Shown here: positions 1 through 12,654 of the stretch, in pieces
How positions within the stretch are numbered: position 1 is the stretch's first letter
Layout of the letters: every line of letters begins with the position of its first letter
Source: Mobula hypostoma
Lineage: Eukaryota
NCBI RefSeq assembly: GCF_963921235.1
Contig: NC_086121.1
Location: 30,752,001-30,816,000 of the forward strand
Direction of reading: 5' to 3'
Length of the DNA: 64,000 nt
Position numbers and translations under genes: made by a program
Notes under the pieces: model-generated
What the model saw: only the letters and a program-made list of their open reading frames with translations
Database searches by the model: none
Told to the model about the DNA's origin: nothing

Positions 1-1031
1 GTCCACAAAACTGAAGATATTAATAAACTTAAAAAAACAAGATTAGGAGCGACATCATTATCTTTCCTTTAAGTGTTCTTTTACTCCTTTCCCACTTAGT
101 GTGTATCTTCCCAGATGATGATGCTATCAAGCTCTTCCACTATGAGGAGTATTTCAATCTACAGGGATGAAGATAGAGCAGAAGAGTAGGGTCTCAGATA
201 CCTGTCAAACAAAACCTGTTTATTCAGAATCCTGTTGCCAAGAAATTTCTTTGATCTGATTTTGGCTCTGTGAAAAATGATCTTTCGTTCCAATGCTCAG
301 TTAGTATTCCTTGTAAAAATGGTTCAATTGGTCAAAAAGAAACTTGAAACAGTGTTGAACTGTTTTAGCAAGAGCTAAAATGGAACTGGTCTAGATCCGA
401 ATGCGACCTCACCCAATCTGACTCCTCTTTCAACTCCTTCCTAGACAGTAATCAAAGATTGGCATTCATCCTTAAATGTATGGTCTCCAGTTTCAGACAC
501 TAACATTACACCAGGTGGCCAGTATAGACAAGACAGAGCTATAGGATAGAAGGAGAATGCCTCCATGATTAATCAAAGGGGCATGAATATCCTGGTCAGA
601 GATAGATGGGTGATGAAAGTCCTGTGTGCCATTCAGGCCAGAAGACCTGCTGAGACTTCCATAGGATGACTCTTATCTAAGTGACCCACTTCACAATGGA
701 GCAATGCCTAGCTACTTCTCCTGATGTCAGCCGAGTGTCTTTTTAAATAGTGATACAAACAAAAAGGAGGCACAATGTGCCTCCTTATTCTATTGAGATT
801 GTAGTTTAGAGCCGAAGCTTATGTCCGATTCTGGGAAAAGATCTGTCACATTGAATCGTCACAAAGGCCTGTAATTTGCTAGTGCTGGATCCAGTTTTGT
901 GAATGAAGTAATTTCACCTCACAGTGTTTGCTTGTGTAGGCTAGGTAAAACTTAGTTCTACATACTTAACACTTATAAACCAATCAAATTTCGAAGCAAG
1001 CTTATTTAAAAACACACTTTGGTTCTTATAC

Positions 1032-1728
1032 GCTGACTTCGGCTCTTTGCTGGAATGGGACCCGCTCTCGGGGTCTCACAACTGGCCGTTATTCGATATA
1101 CCAAGGATGCGGCCTAGAAGATTAGTGCACCTTCGGAATTCCGGGATTTCGTGACTCTGGAGGCGGGCGGACTCATGGTTGGTACCTCCTCAGGGAATCG
1201 GCTTGTCGTGGGAGACGGAAGATCGAAAGCAGTGAGCTGGCTGCTGGCTGTGTGCCAGAGTTCTTGGGACACAGAGCTCGGAAAAAGCGACGCAACGGAC
1301 CTTTAACATCATAAATCAATGAGTTGTTTGTTATGTCTCCCCCATCTCGCTGTAAAATGGAGACACCTCCTTTTCCCTTATTAGGGAGAGAGAGTGCCTG
1401 TGTTATGTCGAATTACTGGGTGAACGAGTTGTCTTTGGGGTACTGCAAGTCTGTGGTCTTTGTTGATGCTTTGCTGCATGCTTGTGTGCTCGGTGGGGGG
1501 CGCCGATGCTTTTTTTTGCTGGAAGGGTGGGGGAAATCGTTGCTTTGCTGCTGCTTACGCGTGGGAGGGGGCAGCTGGGGGTGGGGCTTTGGGGGTTCTA
1601 ACAGTTAACCATCTTTCATTCTTTGGGGCACTCTTCTGTTTTTGTGGATGATTGTGAAGAAAAAGCATTTCAAGATGTATATTGTATACATTTCTCTGAC
1701 ATTAAATGTACCCTTGAAACCATTGAAA
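1032..1728 (+). mobile_element. Non-autonomous retroelement, family A (LINE-type 3' tail, no tRNA head), copy 1
   Basis: Aligns along its length with 18799-19442 (GGGACCCGCTCTCGGGG..., GTCTTTGGGGTACTGCAAGTCTGTG...). Ends ATTAAA...TTGAAACCATTGAAA, resembling the Rex-type tails in this window. Confidence 0.75.
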
Positions 1729-1854
1729 TAATACTTATGTAGGAAGTAGCAGCACCTTCCCAATTAAAACAGAGCAATGTTGTCAGAAGATGCAGTGAGC
1801 GGAGAATTACTTTATCTTGGTTTTAGTTCAATTACTGACAACAAAGATAGCACC

Positions 1855-1950
1855 AGGCTAATGCAGGGTCTCAACCCAAATTGTCAACTGTACCTCTTCC
1901 TCCACTGATGCTGCCTGACCTGTTGAGTTCTTCCAGCAGTTTGTTTTGTG
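1855..1950 (+). mobile_element. Penelope-like element terminal fragment
   Basis: Degenerate hammerhead motif followed by GATGCTGCCTGACCTGTTGAGTTCTTCCAGCA, the same terminus as the PLE at 53603-56080. Confidence 0.7.
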
Positions 1951-2779
1951 GATCTCTATGCTTGACAGTGGCCTCACCACTCTAGTTTTGGAATAGTGTT
2001 ATCATAATGCAGCCTCCAATGTATCCAGTCTCCTAATGCACAGGCCATCAGGAGGCACTGGGAAGAAATTAGTAGCAGGAATTCTGATTGATTTGTCTCC
2101 TCGTCTTCCAGCTGTAACTGGTTAGCTCGATACAGATTTGGTGTCAATGCTAGGATACTCCCATTGTTCATGGCTGAAGTCCAGAACGAGAAGCTTTCAG
2201 AGAGCCTATAATCAGGCATTTTATTGCAGGGTTGTGCAGCAGTGTAGGTAAACTTGGAGTTCAATGCTCACAGCAGTAACAGACCACAGGAATTATAGCA
2301 ACCCATCATCTGGTGTTTATGCCACTCACTCAGAGCTGTGCAATTGATAATTTTATTTGACACAGGGAGTAACCTCAGAAGGAAGCAGTAATCCTTTGAA
2401 GCTACTTGATCACCAGCAGCATGGGAGCTACTGAGGAAGCAGTTGTGCATGGAAATAGCCTTCTGATGTGGTTTCTCTTTACACTGTGCTTGGCTCTTGC
2501 CAACCGTCTGCATTCTATTAAAGTGCTACTACTCTAAGCTGCGGATGTTAATGTGATTTTCATTCTGAGGTAACCAAATTGGGCATTTTGTGAGTTTTCC
2601 GAATTGCCACAAGAGCTAGGTGCAATCCCACAAACATCAGACATACTTCTACAATGGCAGCAGTGTGGCAGATAAAGCTCTTGATTCCCGTCCTGCTGTT
2701 GGTGGAATCCACTTTCCAAGATCCCACTGGAGTGGCCAATCAGTGCGCATCGACCCAGAAAGAAAGCAGTGATGGCAGA

Positions 2780-3166
2780 GGGCATGGTTGCCTCTTGTCT
2801 GTGAGTGGGAAGTTTGAGAGTTGAGCACTGAGTCTAGAGCAGACACGACCAGTGTCATAGTGAAGAAATGATATACAGCCAGCTTTCAAACAAATGGTGA
2901 AGCAGAGGTTCCATTCCAGTTATGACAGCGTGTTGAAGAAGGGCAATGGAGTTTCCAGCATTTTCTGATTTGAACAACGTTTATTCTTCAGTAAGTATAT
3001 TTTAAGAAATAGATAATGATCATTAACATGTAGCCACCTGCAGGCTCTTGCCACATGCAAGTGGTTTGCTAAACTTCCTATGTTACAAGAATGACTTCAT
3101 TTTAAAAGATCTTCCTTTGCGCTGATATGAGGTCATAAAAGGTGATATGGAAATGGAAGACTTTCA
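2780..3166 (+). mobile_element. Old Deu-domain SINE (SacSINE1/AmnSINE-like)
   Basis: Degenerate matches to the DeuSINE body (TTGAAGAAGGGCAATGGAG..., CTTCCTATGTTACAAGAATGAC) and tail (GAGGTCATAAAAGGTGATAT...AGACTTTC). Confidence 0.55.
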
Positions 3167-3294
3167 GAGGTATTGTCAGGTAATTTGACTGTGGAAGCAT
3201 TGGAGTTACGTTCGGAACCAGTGTCAGTAGACATCATCTAAGGACGAGCTGGTATCTTGACTTCTATCACTGCAAAAAAGAGCAGTCAGAACAT

Positions 3295-3590
3295 AGATCA
3301 TAGACATAGAACTTAGAACATTACAGCACAAGGACAGGACCTTTAGCCCATGATGACATATCAACCTTTTAACATGCTCCAAGACCCTTCCCACATAGGC
3401 CTCCATTTGTCTTTTACCCATGTCCCTCTCTAAGAGTTTTTAAAATGTCCCTGGCATGTTTGCCTTTACCACCAATCTGGCAGTGCCTTCCACTTACTTG
3501 CCACTCTATGTGCAAAAAAAAAACTACTTCTGACATGCCCCCCGCCCTCCACCATATGTTCTTCCAGAACACCTTAAAATTATGGCCTTG
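3295..3590 (-). mobile_element. CR1 LINE 3' end fragment
   Basis: CATAGAAC-type tail repeats and CR1 3'UTR/ORF2 C-terminus shared with 13100-13400. Confidence 0.7.
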
Positions 3591-4279
3591 AAAATTCGCA
3601 CTGGGAGCTGCAGTCCACGTCTTGGAACAAGAAACATAAATGATGGGGCAACTTTAACAAATGGTCATTTAGTTATATTTTTAAAATGGACCATGTCAGA
3701 TGCGATTTCACCAGATTTGGGGACTTCTAACATGCATTGACACTAAATTAGTGTGATGAAGTGTTTCCAATATTTAGAGTTTTATAATATTGGCCTGCGG
3801 TGCACAGTTTAGCACCGGCTGATAAAATAAGAAAAAAAAACTGCAGATACTGGAAATCTGAAATAAAAACAGAAAATGCTGGAAGCTCTTGGCATTTTGA
3901 CATGCAGTGTTAATTTGTGTCTTGCTTTGTAGATTCCTGATATCCAGAATTAGTAGGCATATGTACTGTATATTGGCTTCATCTCACTATTCTTTTTCTC
4001 ACTATTGAAATCTCTGACAGGATAAATCTGATAGGGTTTGTATAACTGGGCTGGGGTTCAGAAGGAAAGAGGCAGATGAGACACCTTGAGATCAACCATT
4101 TTCACCATTGTCCTGAATTGAAATGATTCCCATTGTGTCTGAAATGCATTTTATAAATTAGTAATGAGAAAAACCTTTGAAAAGAGATTAAGTGTTCTTG
4201 AACAGAAGTGTAATGTCAACTTATTGCTGTCATTCACTGTAAGGAGTTCTTGACTATTTCTGCAGGGAGGTGAACTTAA

Positions 4280-4722
4280 GTACCATCATGGGTCCTGGGC
4301 AAGGTTTGATCAACGTGGTTCGTGGATTGGGCTCACTTTTAGATGATTCTGCAGTTCATGTTGTATGTTTCTGGTTAGTCCTCTTTTTTTATTGCTATTT
4401 TGATGGGGGCTGGCTGGCTCCGCGGCCAGTAGTCAACTAATGACCCAGCGCTAAGTTGAACTGAACCGAATTAACCTGAACATTCCTAGAGTGTTTCAAG
4501 GACTCTGATTTTAAAGTTTGACATTTAATATTCTGTGTGTCACTCACTCGTTTTTTTGCTGCTTGGGTGATTTGTTCCTTGTTTTGTGTGCTGGATGTCT
4601 GATGTTTTCTTCAAATGGGTTTCATGATGTTTCTTTGCTTCATGGCTGACTTCAGGAAGGTGAATCTTAGGGTTGTGTACAGCATGCATACTTTGATAAT
4701 AAATTTCCTTTGAAACTTTGAA
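4280..4722 (+). mobile_element. Non-autonomous retroelement, family B (Rex1-type tail), copy 1
   Basis: Reverse-complement match to 59372-59810 (GTTGAACTGAACCGAA, CATTCCTAGA). Tail CTTTGATAATAAATTTCCTTTGAAACTTTG is shared with the Rex1 at 57110-57800. Confidence 0.7.
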
Positions 4723-4729
4723 TTCAGGG

Positions 4730-4970
4730 ACCCAAGTTCAAGGAATTTGGACTTTTAAAGGAAAAGCTTGTCTCAAAAGCAGTAAGCATTAAATTTCTAG
4801 ATTGTCCAAAACGTTTGTTTAGTTCTTTAAGATTCTTCATGGAAATGTATCTGCCTGAATGTGACTCCAGGCCCATTGCTATGGCTGAGACTTAATCACC
4901 TCCTTGCTTGTGGAGCAAATAGGCATGGGCAAGAGCTGCCATCAACATCAGCATCCACTTAAATAAACAA
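4730..4970 (+). mobile_element. Old LF-SINE-like fragment
   Basis: Degenerate ATGTGACTCCAGGCCCA...GCAAATAGGCATGGGCAA tail; related tails at 12565-12655 and 21430-21560. Confidence 0.4.
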
Positions 4971-5164
4971 GTATTCTCTGGAAGACAAGCTGTATTGCCT
5001 GCTGCTGACCTAGCCCGAGACAAGTTCTTTTGCCTTTGCTTGCCGAACTGGCATGAGATGAAGCACTAATGCATTCTTGTTCTTGCAGAAATGTAGCTCC
5101 AGAAGAACATCCCAAGCACTATCAATCTTCAGGCCGTTCCACTTGGGGACTTGTGATATGGTAA

Positions 5165-5288
5165 CTGTATGTACTGTGCTGTGTGTGACTGTATGTACTG
5201 TGGTTTGTGCACCCCGGCCCCGGAGGAACACTCCTTAAAGCTGTATTAATGTGCATGGTTGAATGATAATTTAACTTGAATTTGAACA
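5165..5288 (+). mobile_element. Rex-type LINE 3' tail fragment
   Basis: CCCCGGAGGAACA...GGTTGAATGATAATTTAACTTGAATTTGAAC tail. Confidence 0.55.
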
Positions 5289-6257
5289 AGTGAAGGAATA
5301 TTTTTATGAAGTATAATATTTTATAAAAATGATCTTCTTTGCATATTTCACGACTGGAGTTGTACTGGAGCTGAAACCTTCTCGAGAAATTGAAAATAGT
5401 GAGTGAGTCAATTTTACCTAATTCTTTCCTGTTAAGAGAAAATCCACGATTCCAAGATTCTCTGCATAATGTGTTACAAGTGTTAATTCAGGGCCGACAC
5501 ACAAAATTAAGAAATGGAGCTTTAAGTGCCCAATGTTCTTGGTTAATCTATGCATGAATTATGGAAACAATGTTGATTATATATTGTATTTAGGGGACAA
5601 GCCCACACTGAATATATTTTAATCAATTCTTATGTAAATTATCATCAATCTCAATCTACAGGAGCAGAAAATTAGCCCATAAAGTGTGCTTGTTGGAAAT
5701 GGGCAGGATTAAAGTGCTGGTGCTCTGTTACAGGAGCTTTACTTTGTAATCCCGCATGGTATACCTGACGGACATGTGATACACAGCTCCCTTTCCCAGT
5801 GCATTTCCGACTTTCATGATGAGTTAGCTGATCTGCTAAAGTAGGATGAATATTTTAGCAAATACTTTTGTCCTCATCAAAGTTTGAGGAATTTTAATTA
5901 TAAATTACCTCTGACATAAAAGAAGCAACCACAGACTTTTTTTTTACTGGTTTAAAACAGAATCATGGAGGCTACTGCCCAAACCCCTAATCCAATTAAA
6001 TCCTTGGTACGTTTCCGCCATCTTAAGTTTTTGGGTAGACTTGGAGGAATCTCTTAATATTTACCTCAAGTGCTATCAGTGCAGAGTTTTCACATTCTCT
6101 CCATGGCCACTCAGAATTCCCCAGTTGCTTTAGATTCCTCCTACAGCCTAACGAAGTGCTGGTTCAGTCAATAACCACAGTAGATTAGTTCATAGTGCTG
6201 ATCAAAGGCATGTGAGAAGACATTGCTGAACTTTTGGGGATAATGGGAGCCAATAGG

Positions 6258-6392
6258 GACCTGAGGAAGGACCTTAGCCTGAAATGAGAATTGTTTATGT
6301 ATTTCCATTGATGCTGCCTGACCTGTTGAGTTCTTTCAGCATTTTGTGTGCCTTCCTTGAATTTCCATCATCTGCAGACTTGTTTGTGTTCA
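6258..6392 (+). mobile_element. Penelope-like element terminal fragment
   Basis: CTGAGGA...GAAA hammerhead remnant plus GATGCTGCCTGACCTG...CATCTGCAGA terminus. Confidence 0.7.
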
Positions 6393-7147
6393 TGGTTCCA
6401 ACTGGTGGAGTAAAGTGGTCTCTTTCCATGCCATTATAAAATGCAGATGGACAAGCTACTGTTAACTAGGGTTAACCATGCTTCTTTTATGGTAAAAAAT
6501 AATTTTATTTAGATGCCTTTATTCTCCTCTGCTTCAGTACAGTTGCATCCTGCTGCATAATAGCTGGCAGTTCTCTGGTATTTCATCACACTGGCCGTCT
6601 ATGGTGCATGGATGCTTGACTGGCAATTCCATGAAATGAGCCATTACAGCCAAGGTTTATCCACCCTTCAGCAGAGGTACTGAATCAGCCAACAGGAAAC
6701 AAGAATCTCGTTCTTATGACCCAGAAATGTTCACAACAGTTGCCTCATCCCATAGCCTCTCTCAGCAATGAATCCAAACCTGGAATTGAAACTTTCAGGA
6801 ATTTTATAGAGAAAAGATTAAGCATTGTGCATTTTGGAGCACTCCTCTCTGCTACACCTCCTTTATCTCCAAGGGGAATAGTTGCACTCAACATATTTCT
6901 CATACTTTTTAGTGTGTCTTAATTACATGCTGAGCTGAGTTGATTAGTGGAATACTCACAGTTCCAATGAATTGTCATGGAACAGTTGGTTCATTAGGTT
7001 CACTGAACTCAGCTGGCTTGCAAGGCAAGGTATGATTCATCTGTTTCCTAAATATGTAATGTTGCTGTCAGCTGCTTTGTAAACCAGCCTCTGGAAAGAA
7101 ACATCATCTATAATTCCACCAACCATTTTATGACAAAGAGCAAAACC

Positions 7148-7668
7148 ATGGAGAATGGACGTGAAATCACAGAGGAACATCTGGAGAAATTTCTGAAATG
7201 CCCGTCCGCTGCTGTCATTACTGTGTGGTTGGGAACCTTTCAGAGGGTAGGCTTCAAAATCCCCGGCCTTGCCTGCTTTTGGCGACTGAGAAAGAGGTCG
7301 AATCGCTCGGACAGAGATGGCGCTCAGTACTCGGTGTCGGAGAGCTTATCAGAGCGCAAAGTTTTCGGATGACTCAGAGTTGGATTGTGGTCGGCATGGC
7401 AGGGAGAGTTTTTCTTCCCTCTCCCGACTGCGTGAGATGTGGGACATGTGAGAAACTTTGAACTTTACTGTGCTCACGGACTTTCTTCATCAAGTTATGG
7501 TATTGTGCACTGTTGTAACTATATGTATAATTATGTGGTTTTGTCAGTTTTTTCAGTCTTGGTCTGTCCTGTGTTTTGTGATATCACACCGGAGGAAATA
7601 ATGTATCATTTTTTAATGCATGCATTACTAAATGACAATAAAAGGGGACTATGTGTCTTCATAATCTA
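7148..7668 (+). mobile_element. Non-autonomous retroelement, family C ((ATCTA)n tail), 5'-truncated copy
   Basis: High similarity to 20464-21158, 21608-22271, 36730-37970 and 40838-41520; ends AATAAA-hairpin-ATAATCTA. Confidence 0.85.
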
Positions 7669-8009
7669 AAAAAAAACAAGGTCTAGGTTGTGAGTCACTA
7701 TGCCAGACAGCATGGAAACTGGTCCTTTGGCCCATCAGGTGCATATTGGCTGTCATGTACCTATTGATACTAATCCTGTTTTCCAGGACTAGGCACACAG
7801 CTTTCTTAAAGTGCTTATTTATCTCCTTCTTAAATGCCTCGGTCACCTAGTCATGAGGTCAGAATCAGAATCAAGTTTAATATCGTGGAATTTGTTGTCT
7901 TTGAAGCAGCAGCACAATGTAATACATAATAATAGATAGAAAAAATGTGAAAAAAGGTGAAATGTGAAGTACAGTAAGTATATGTACTTTTGAAGCAGTA
8001 AGTATATAT

Positions 8010-9207
8010 CCAACTCCTTCCAAAGAGTGGGACAGGTCCTAAAAAGCCAGCTGAATGGGCAGAAGAAGATCAGAGCCATCAATACATTCGCCCTACCAGT
8101 CATCAGATACCCAGCCGCAATAGTGTGCTGGCCAAGGAAGGAACTGGAAGCCGCTGTCATCAAGACATGGAAAGTATGAGCAATGCATGGAGGAGTCCAC
8201 CCAAAGTCCAACATCAAGCAACTGTACACCCACTCGAATAAAGAAGGCTGGGGACCTGGAAGTGCCAAGGCTGCAGTCCTGGAAGAAATGCAAAAAATCA
8301 TGAGTACATCAGGAAGATGGCCCTTAAGGACGACCTGCTAGGAGAATACCTCAGCCAGTAGGCAGGGGACATGGAAATGGAAGTGGGTGAAGCAAAGCCA
8401 GAGGACCAGAGGCCATGGCATGACAACCCACTGTAAGAGATATGCCATCATCAGGTATCAGAGGTGGCTGACATAAGAAAGTCCTACCTATGTCTGCAAA
8501 TAGCAGGGCTAAAGATGAACGCAGAGGCGCTGCTCATTTCTGCATAGGAACAGGTGCTGAGCACAAGGGCAATAGAAACAGGAGTCTATCACACCAGACA
8601 ACAGTCAAGATGCAGACCGTGCAAAGAATCTGCTGAAACCATCCAGCACATATTAGCAGGGTGCAAGATGCAAGCAGGGACAGCATACATTGGATGGCAC
8701 AACCAAGTTGCAGGAATTGTGTACAGGAACATCTGCACTGAGTATACTCATAAATCCAAATGGGAAACGCCTGAGCAGGTAGTGGAGAATGACAGAGCTA
8801 AGATCCTGTGAGACTTCCAAATACAGACTGATAACCAACCAACCAGACATAGTCATATTGGACAAGGAATAGAAGAAAGCGGAAGTAATAGAAGTGGAAA
8901 TCCCAAACGACAGTAACATCAGGAAGAAAGAATATGAGAAGCTGGAGAAATACCAGGGCTTGAAAGAGCAGATAGAAAGAATGTGGAAAGTTAAAGCCAG
9001 AGTAATCCCAGTGGTGATAGGAGCACTTGGAGCTGTGTCATCTGGACTGGGAGAGCGGCTCCAACAAATCCCGGGAACCGCATCTGAGATCTCAGTCCAG
9101 AAGAGTGCATTAATAGGAACTGAAAAGAAACTACACTGAACCCTCCAGCTCCCAGGCCTCTGGTAGAGGACCCGAGATTGAGGGAAAATACATGCACACC
9201 ACCCATA
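8010..9207 (+). mobile_element. R4/Dong (Rex6-like) non-LTR retrotransposon with restriction-like endonuclease, 5'-truncated pseudogene
   Basis: RT thumb remnant (QVLKSQLNGQKKIRAINTFALPVIRY), CCHC knuckle CRPCKESAETIQHILAGC, WHN (normally RHN), NQPDIV..EVEIP nuclease core, KLEKY and VIPVVIGALGAV. Contains stops and frameshifts. Confidence 0.9.
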
Positions 9208-9218
9208 ATATATATATA

Positions 9219-9253
<35 letters not shown>
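9208..9253. repeat. (TA)n(TG)n microsatellite
   Basis: Direct reading. Confidence 0.95.
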
Positions 9254-9254
<1 letters not shown>

Positions 9255-9529
9255 AAATAGTTAAATAGAATTAAATAAGTCATACCAAAATAGAAATTAA
9301 AAATTAGTGAGTGGTTGTGGTGGTCACGGGTTCAATGTCCATTCAGAAATTGGATGGCAGAGGGGAAGCGGCTGTTCTTGAATCATTGAATCAGGCTTTT
9401 GTACTTCCTTCCTGAGGGTAACAATGATAAGGGTGCATGACCTGTGTGATGGGTGTCTAATGATGGATGCCATTTTTCTGAGATATTGCTCCTTGAAGAT
9501 GTGCTTTCTAGATTATAACCACTCTTTGG

Positions 9530-9790
9530 CTGAATGAAATTCTTCCTCACGTACCTTTTAAATCTGCTGCACCATGTCTTAAGTATATGCTGTCTGGTTT
9601 TTGGCACTCTGCTGAGGGGATTTTTTTCCCATTATCTACCTTATCTACATCTCTCATAAGTTAGTATTCCTCAAAATGGTCCTCACTCAGCCTTCTCTCC
9701 AAAAATAAAAACCCAGCCTATCTAGCCTTTCCTTGCAGCTGAAATGCGTCACTCTCGGCAACATCCTTGTTGTTCTCTCAGGATCACTTA
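9530..9790 (-). mobile_element. Degraded CR1 3' fragment
   Basis: Antisense CR1 ORF2 C-terminal motifs (CTCAGCCTTCTCTCCAAA...GGCAACATCCTTG). Confidence 0.55.
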
Positions 9791-10152
9791 TTAGGCAATT
9801 ATACCACACCATGTGGGATTGGGCCAAAAAGTATAGGAGGTTTTCAGGTTCATTTTTTCCTCAACATTACATAGGCCAAATGTCAGTCATGTCATGGATA
9901 ATGCAATTGGGCTCAGCAGCCTTGGCCAGGGAGAAGAATTCAACATATCCATTGTCTCAATGTGCTTGCCAAGACTTGTCATCTGTTTTCTGGAGAAATT
10001 GAGAAAATGAAGGACATAATGTAAAACACATTTAACTAGATGCACCAACCCTTGCCTTGCCCATTTTTTTGGTCCTATTTCTCAGTCAATCTTCAGGCAG
10101 AGTAACACATAAGAACTTTGCTTGGTCAATGCTGCCTTCTGATGCCTACAAG

Positions 10153-10488
10153 AGAGTCATAGAGCCATAGCACACAGAAACAGCCCTTCAGTCCATCTAG
10201 TCCATGTCTACCATGAGACATCTATTCACACTAATCCCATTCTAATCTCCCCACATACACATCATCACTTCCAGATACCACCATTCAACTATACACTAAA
10301 CACTATTTACCGTGGCTAGTTAAAGTACCAGCTCACACCGATTTAGGAAACCGGAGTACCTGGTAGAAACTTACATAATCACAGGGAGGACATGCAAACT
10401 CCACATAGGCAGCACTGGTGATCAGGATTAATCTGGGGTTGTTGTAGCTGTGAGGCAGAAAATGTATCTGTTGCCCCACTATGCCACT
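10153..10488 (-). mobile_element. tRNA-derived V-SINE (HE1-like)
   Basis: V-domain GGAAACCGGAGTACCTGG...CAAACTCCACA in antisense, with a CR1-like tail. Confidence 0.7.
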
Positions 10489-10709
10489 CCGTCTATTGGG
10501 GGATCTACCCCCAACTTCTCCCTGAATATATTTTCCCCTGGATCCACACAGACACAACATAGAGTCTTAGAGGTTTACAACACCAAAAAGAACCCAGCGT
10601 TTCCATGCCAACCTTTTATGAAAAGATTATGAGAGAAGTAGTTTTGTGAGCTGTCTGGAGGATGTCGCCCTTGGTCGCCTTGTTCACTGGCATAATCTTC
10701 TTCCAGATT

Positions 10710-11200
10710 GGATATCAACCAATCCCTGTGCAAAAAGAATCCTTACTCCTAAGATTTCCTGCTTCTCACCTTGAACTATGCCCTCTTGTTTGCAATACTG
10801 TTACTATGGGGAAAAATATTTTGGCCATCTACCCTGACTATGCCTCTCATAATCTTACATCCTGATCCTTCAATCAGGTCAGCACTCAGCCTTGTCCGCT
10901 CCACTGAAAACATGTCAAGCCTAATCATTTGCTCACCATAACTATAGTCCTCCGATCCAGACATCTACAGCAATGGCAACTAATGTGACTTCACAAACTG
11001 CTATATTCACATCGGAGTCATTACTATATATCACAAACAGCAGTCCCAGCACCAATCCTGAGGTACATGACTAATCAGTAAAACATATTTCTGGATTATC
11101 CTCTGCCTTCTAACACAGGGATAATTTTGGATCCATTTAGCTGGTTTGCCCTGAATCCCATGACCATTAACCTGCTGGACCAGCTTACTAGATGGGACCT
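10710..11200 (-). mobile_element. Degraded CR1 RT/C-terminal fragments
   Basis: ORF remnants DKVPSSKLVQQVNGHGIQG..WIQN and YSYGEQMIRLDMFSVERTRLSADLIE. Confidence 0.8.
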
Positions 11201-12654
11201 TGTCAGGCATACAGTAGACTGTAGACCATACAGTAGACTGGGAGAGGCACGGAATTTGGACTTGCACTTGAGAGGAGTTGAACTAATATCAAGTTTCATG
11301 CATCAAACTGATCCCTAAGAATAACAGATGATTTAACCGCACAATTTACAGTACTCTAGGGCAGCTATTTATACTATAATGAAATAAATGTTGTGTCACC
11401 CTTCTGAAACCTTTTCATTCCTCGATTACATAGCTTCTAAAATTAGCTCAGTTTCAACAAGTACTGCGCAAGGGTCTCGAGAGGTACTCTGCAAGTGATA
11501 ACAAGTGACAGCGAGGTGATTTATGATGGGGTCGGTCACCTTATGTTGGTCTCCGTCTGATGTGAGCGAAACCTGAGAGTGAACAATAAGGACCATAACC
11601 GATTTATAATGAGGGGATCATTATGGAGTAATGGCTGTGTGTGTGTCTGAGAGTAGAGTGGGTACGTTACTGGAATAGCAATCTAGTTGCCGGGGCTGAG
11701 GATCTAGATTCATATATTGATAGTAGCTGTTGCATTTAAATTCAGTAAACAAAATTGTTCCTGGAATGATTTAGTGTGATAAGAACTAAAATTCTGCTAT
11801 TGTAAAAATAGTAGAGGGAAGCCCTTGTATACCTGGGTAGGTAATGGAACAAACTTAAGCTGACTTAGTGCCTGAACCCTGCTGGTTTAAAATACCTTAT
11901 GACATACAGAAGAATTTCAAAGAAGTCAATAATCTGTGTAGCCTTTATGTAGAGTGTCTGGATTCACACAAGTCATCAAAGGAGGTTAAGTTATGCAGTG
12001 GAACTATATATTGAATATAGATATAAAAATAGAAAACGAGCGAGCGATAGAGGGAGAGGAGAGAGCACAAGAAATAGATCATTTAAGCCTCTAAATTGCT
12101 CTTACCAATTTTAGCAGATGATCACAATGCTTTTCTGCTTTAATGTTTTTGTCTGCCGTTTTAGCAGGGATGTTAATTCACTTACAATGAAAAGATTATA
12201 CCGACACAAAAATAGCCAAGGAATGCCATACCAAAACGTGAGACCCACTAACATGGTCCATTGTCATTCCTGGATCAAAGACATGCCTAATTCTCTCCAA
12301 TCTGGTTGAAATACCTTGAACTTTGGTCTCAGAAATTCAGTGGCAAGAACGGACAACTTTTAACCACTAAGTACTCTAGTTAATTACTGGTAAGAAAATA
12401 TGGAAGTGATCAGCAAGAATTAAAATCTGAATTAAAATAGCTGACACAGAGTCCAAAGGTTGTCTGTGTTGCAGATCATTCTTAGTTGGAAATATATCCA
12501 ATCATCAAAGTTAGCGTACAAATATAACACAGTGTCAGTCCTTCAACATGCAGGCAGAAATCATTTAAGGCAGCTCACCATCGCTTTTTTCAAAGACAAT
12601 TAGGATTAGAAAATATATGTTTGCCTTGCGGCCCATCCTATGAATGAATGACTA

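Larger units (their letters stand above)
7858..9502 (-). mobile_element. Rex1/Babar LINE 3' fragment interrupted by an R4-clade element
   Basis: (CTGATT)n tail at 7858-7875 on the minus strand. C-terminal coding remnant HPSLDTHHTGHAPLSLLPSGRKYKSL in ORF 9383..9607. The 3'UTR continues on both sides of the insertion. Confidence 0.75.

Noticed and set aside
5089-5160. 72-nt + strand exon candidate
   Set aside because: The donor coincides with a TE boundary, the peptide is unrecognisable and no partner exons are supported.
6960-7090. Minus-strand exon with good splice sites
   Set aside because: Stops in all three frames; only a non-coding exon is possible and nothing supports it.
10618-10726. 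Minus-strand exon DWLISNLEEDYASEQG with a strong acceptor
   Set aside because: The acceptor is CR1 sequence (FFTQRVV-equivalent), the donor is weak and there is no homology.
11208-11242. Duplicated CATACAGTAGACTG
   Set aside because: Simple local duplication at a CR1 truncation point, with no enclosed element.
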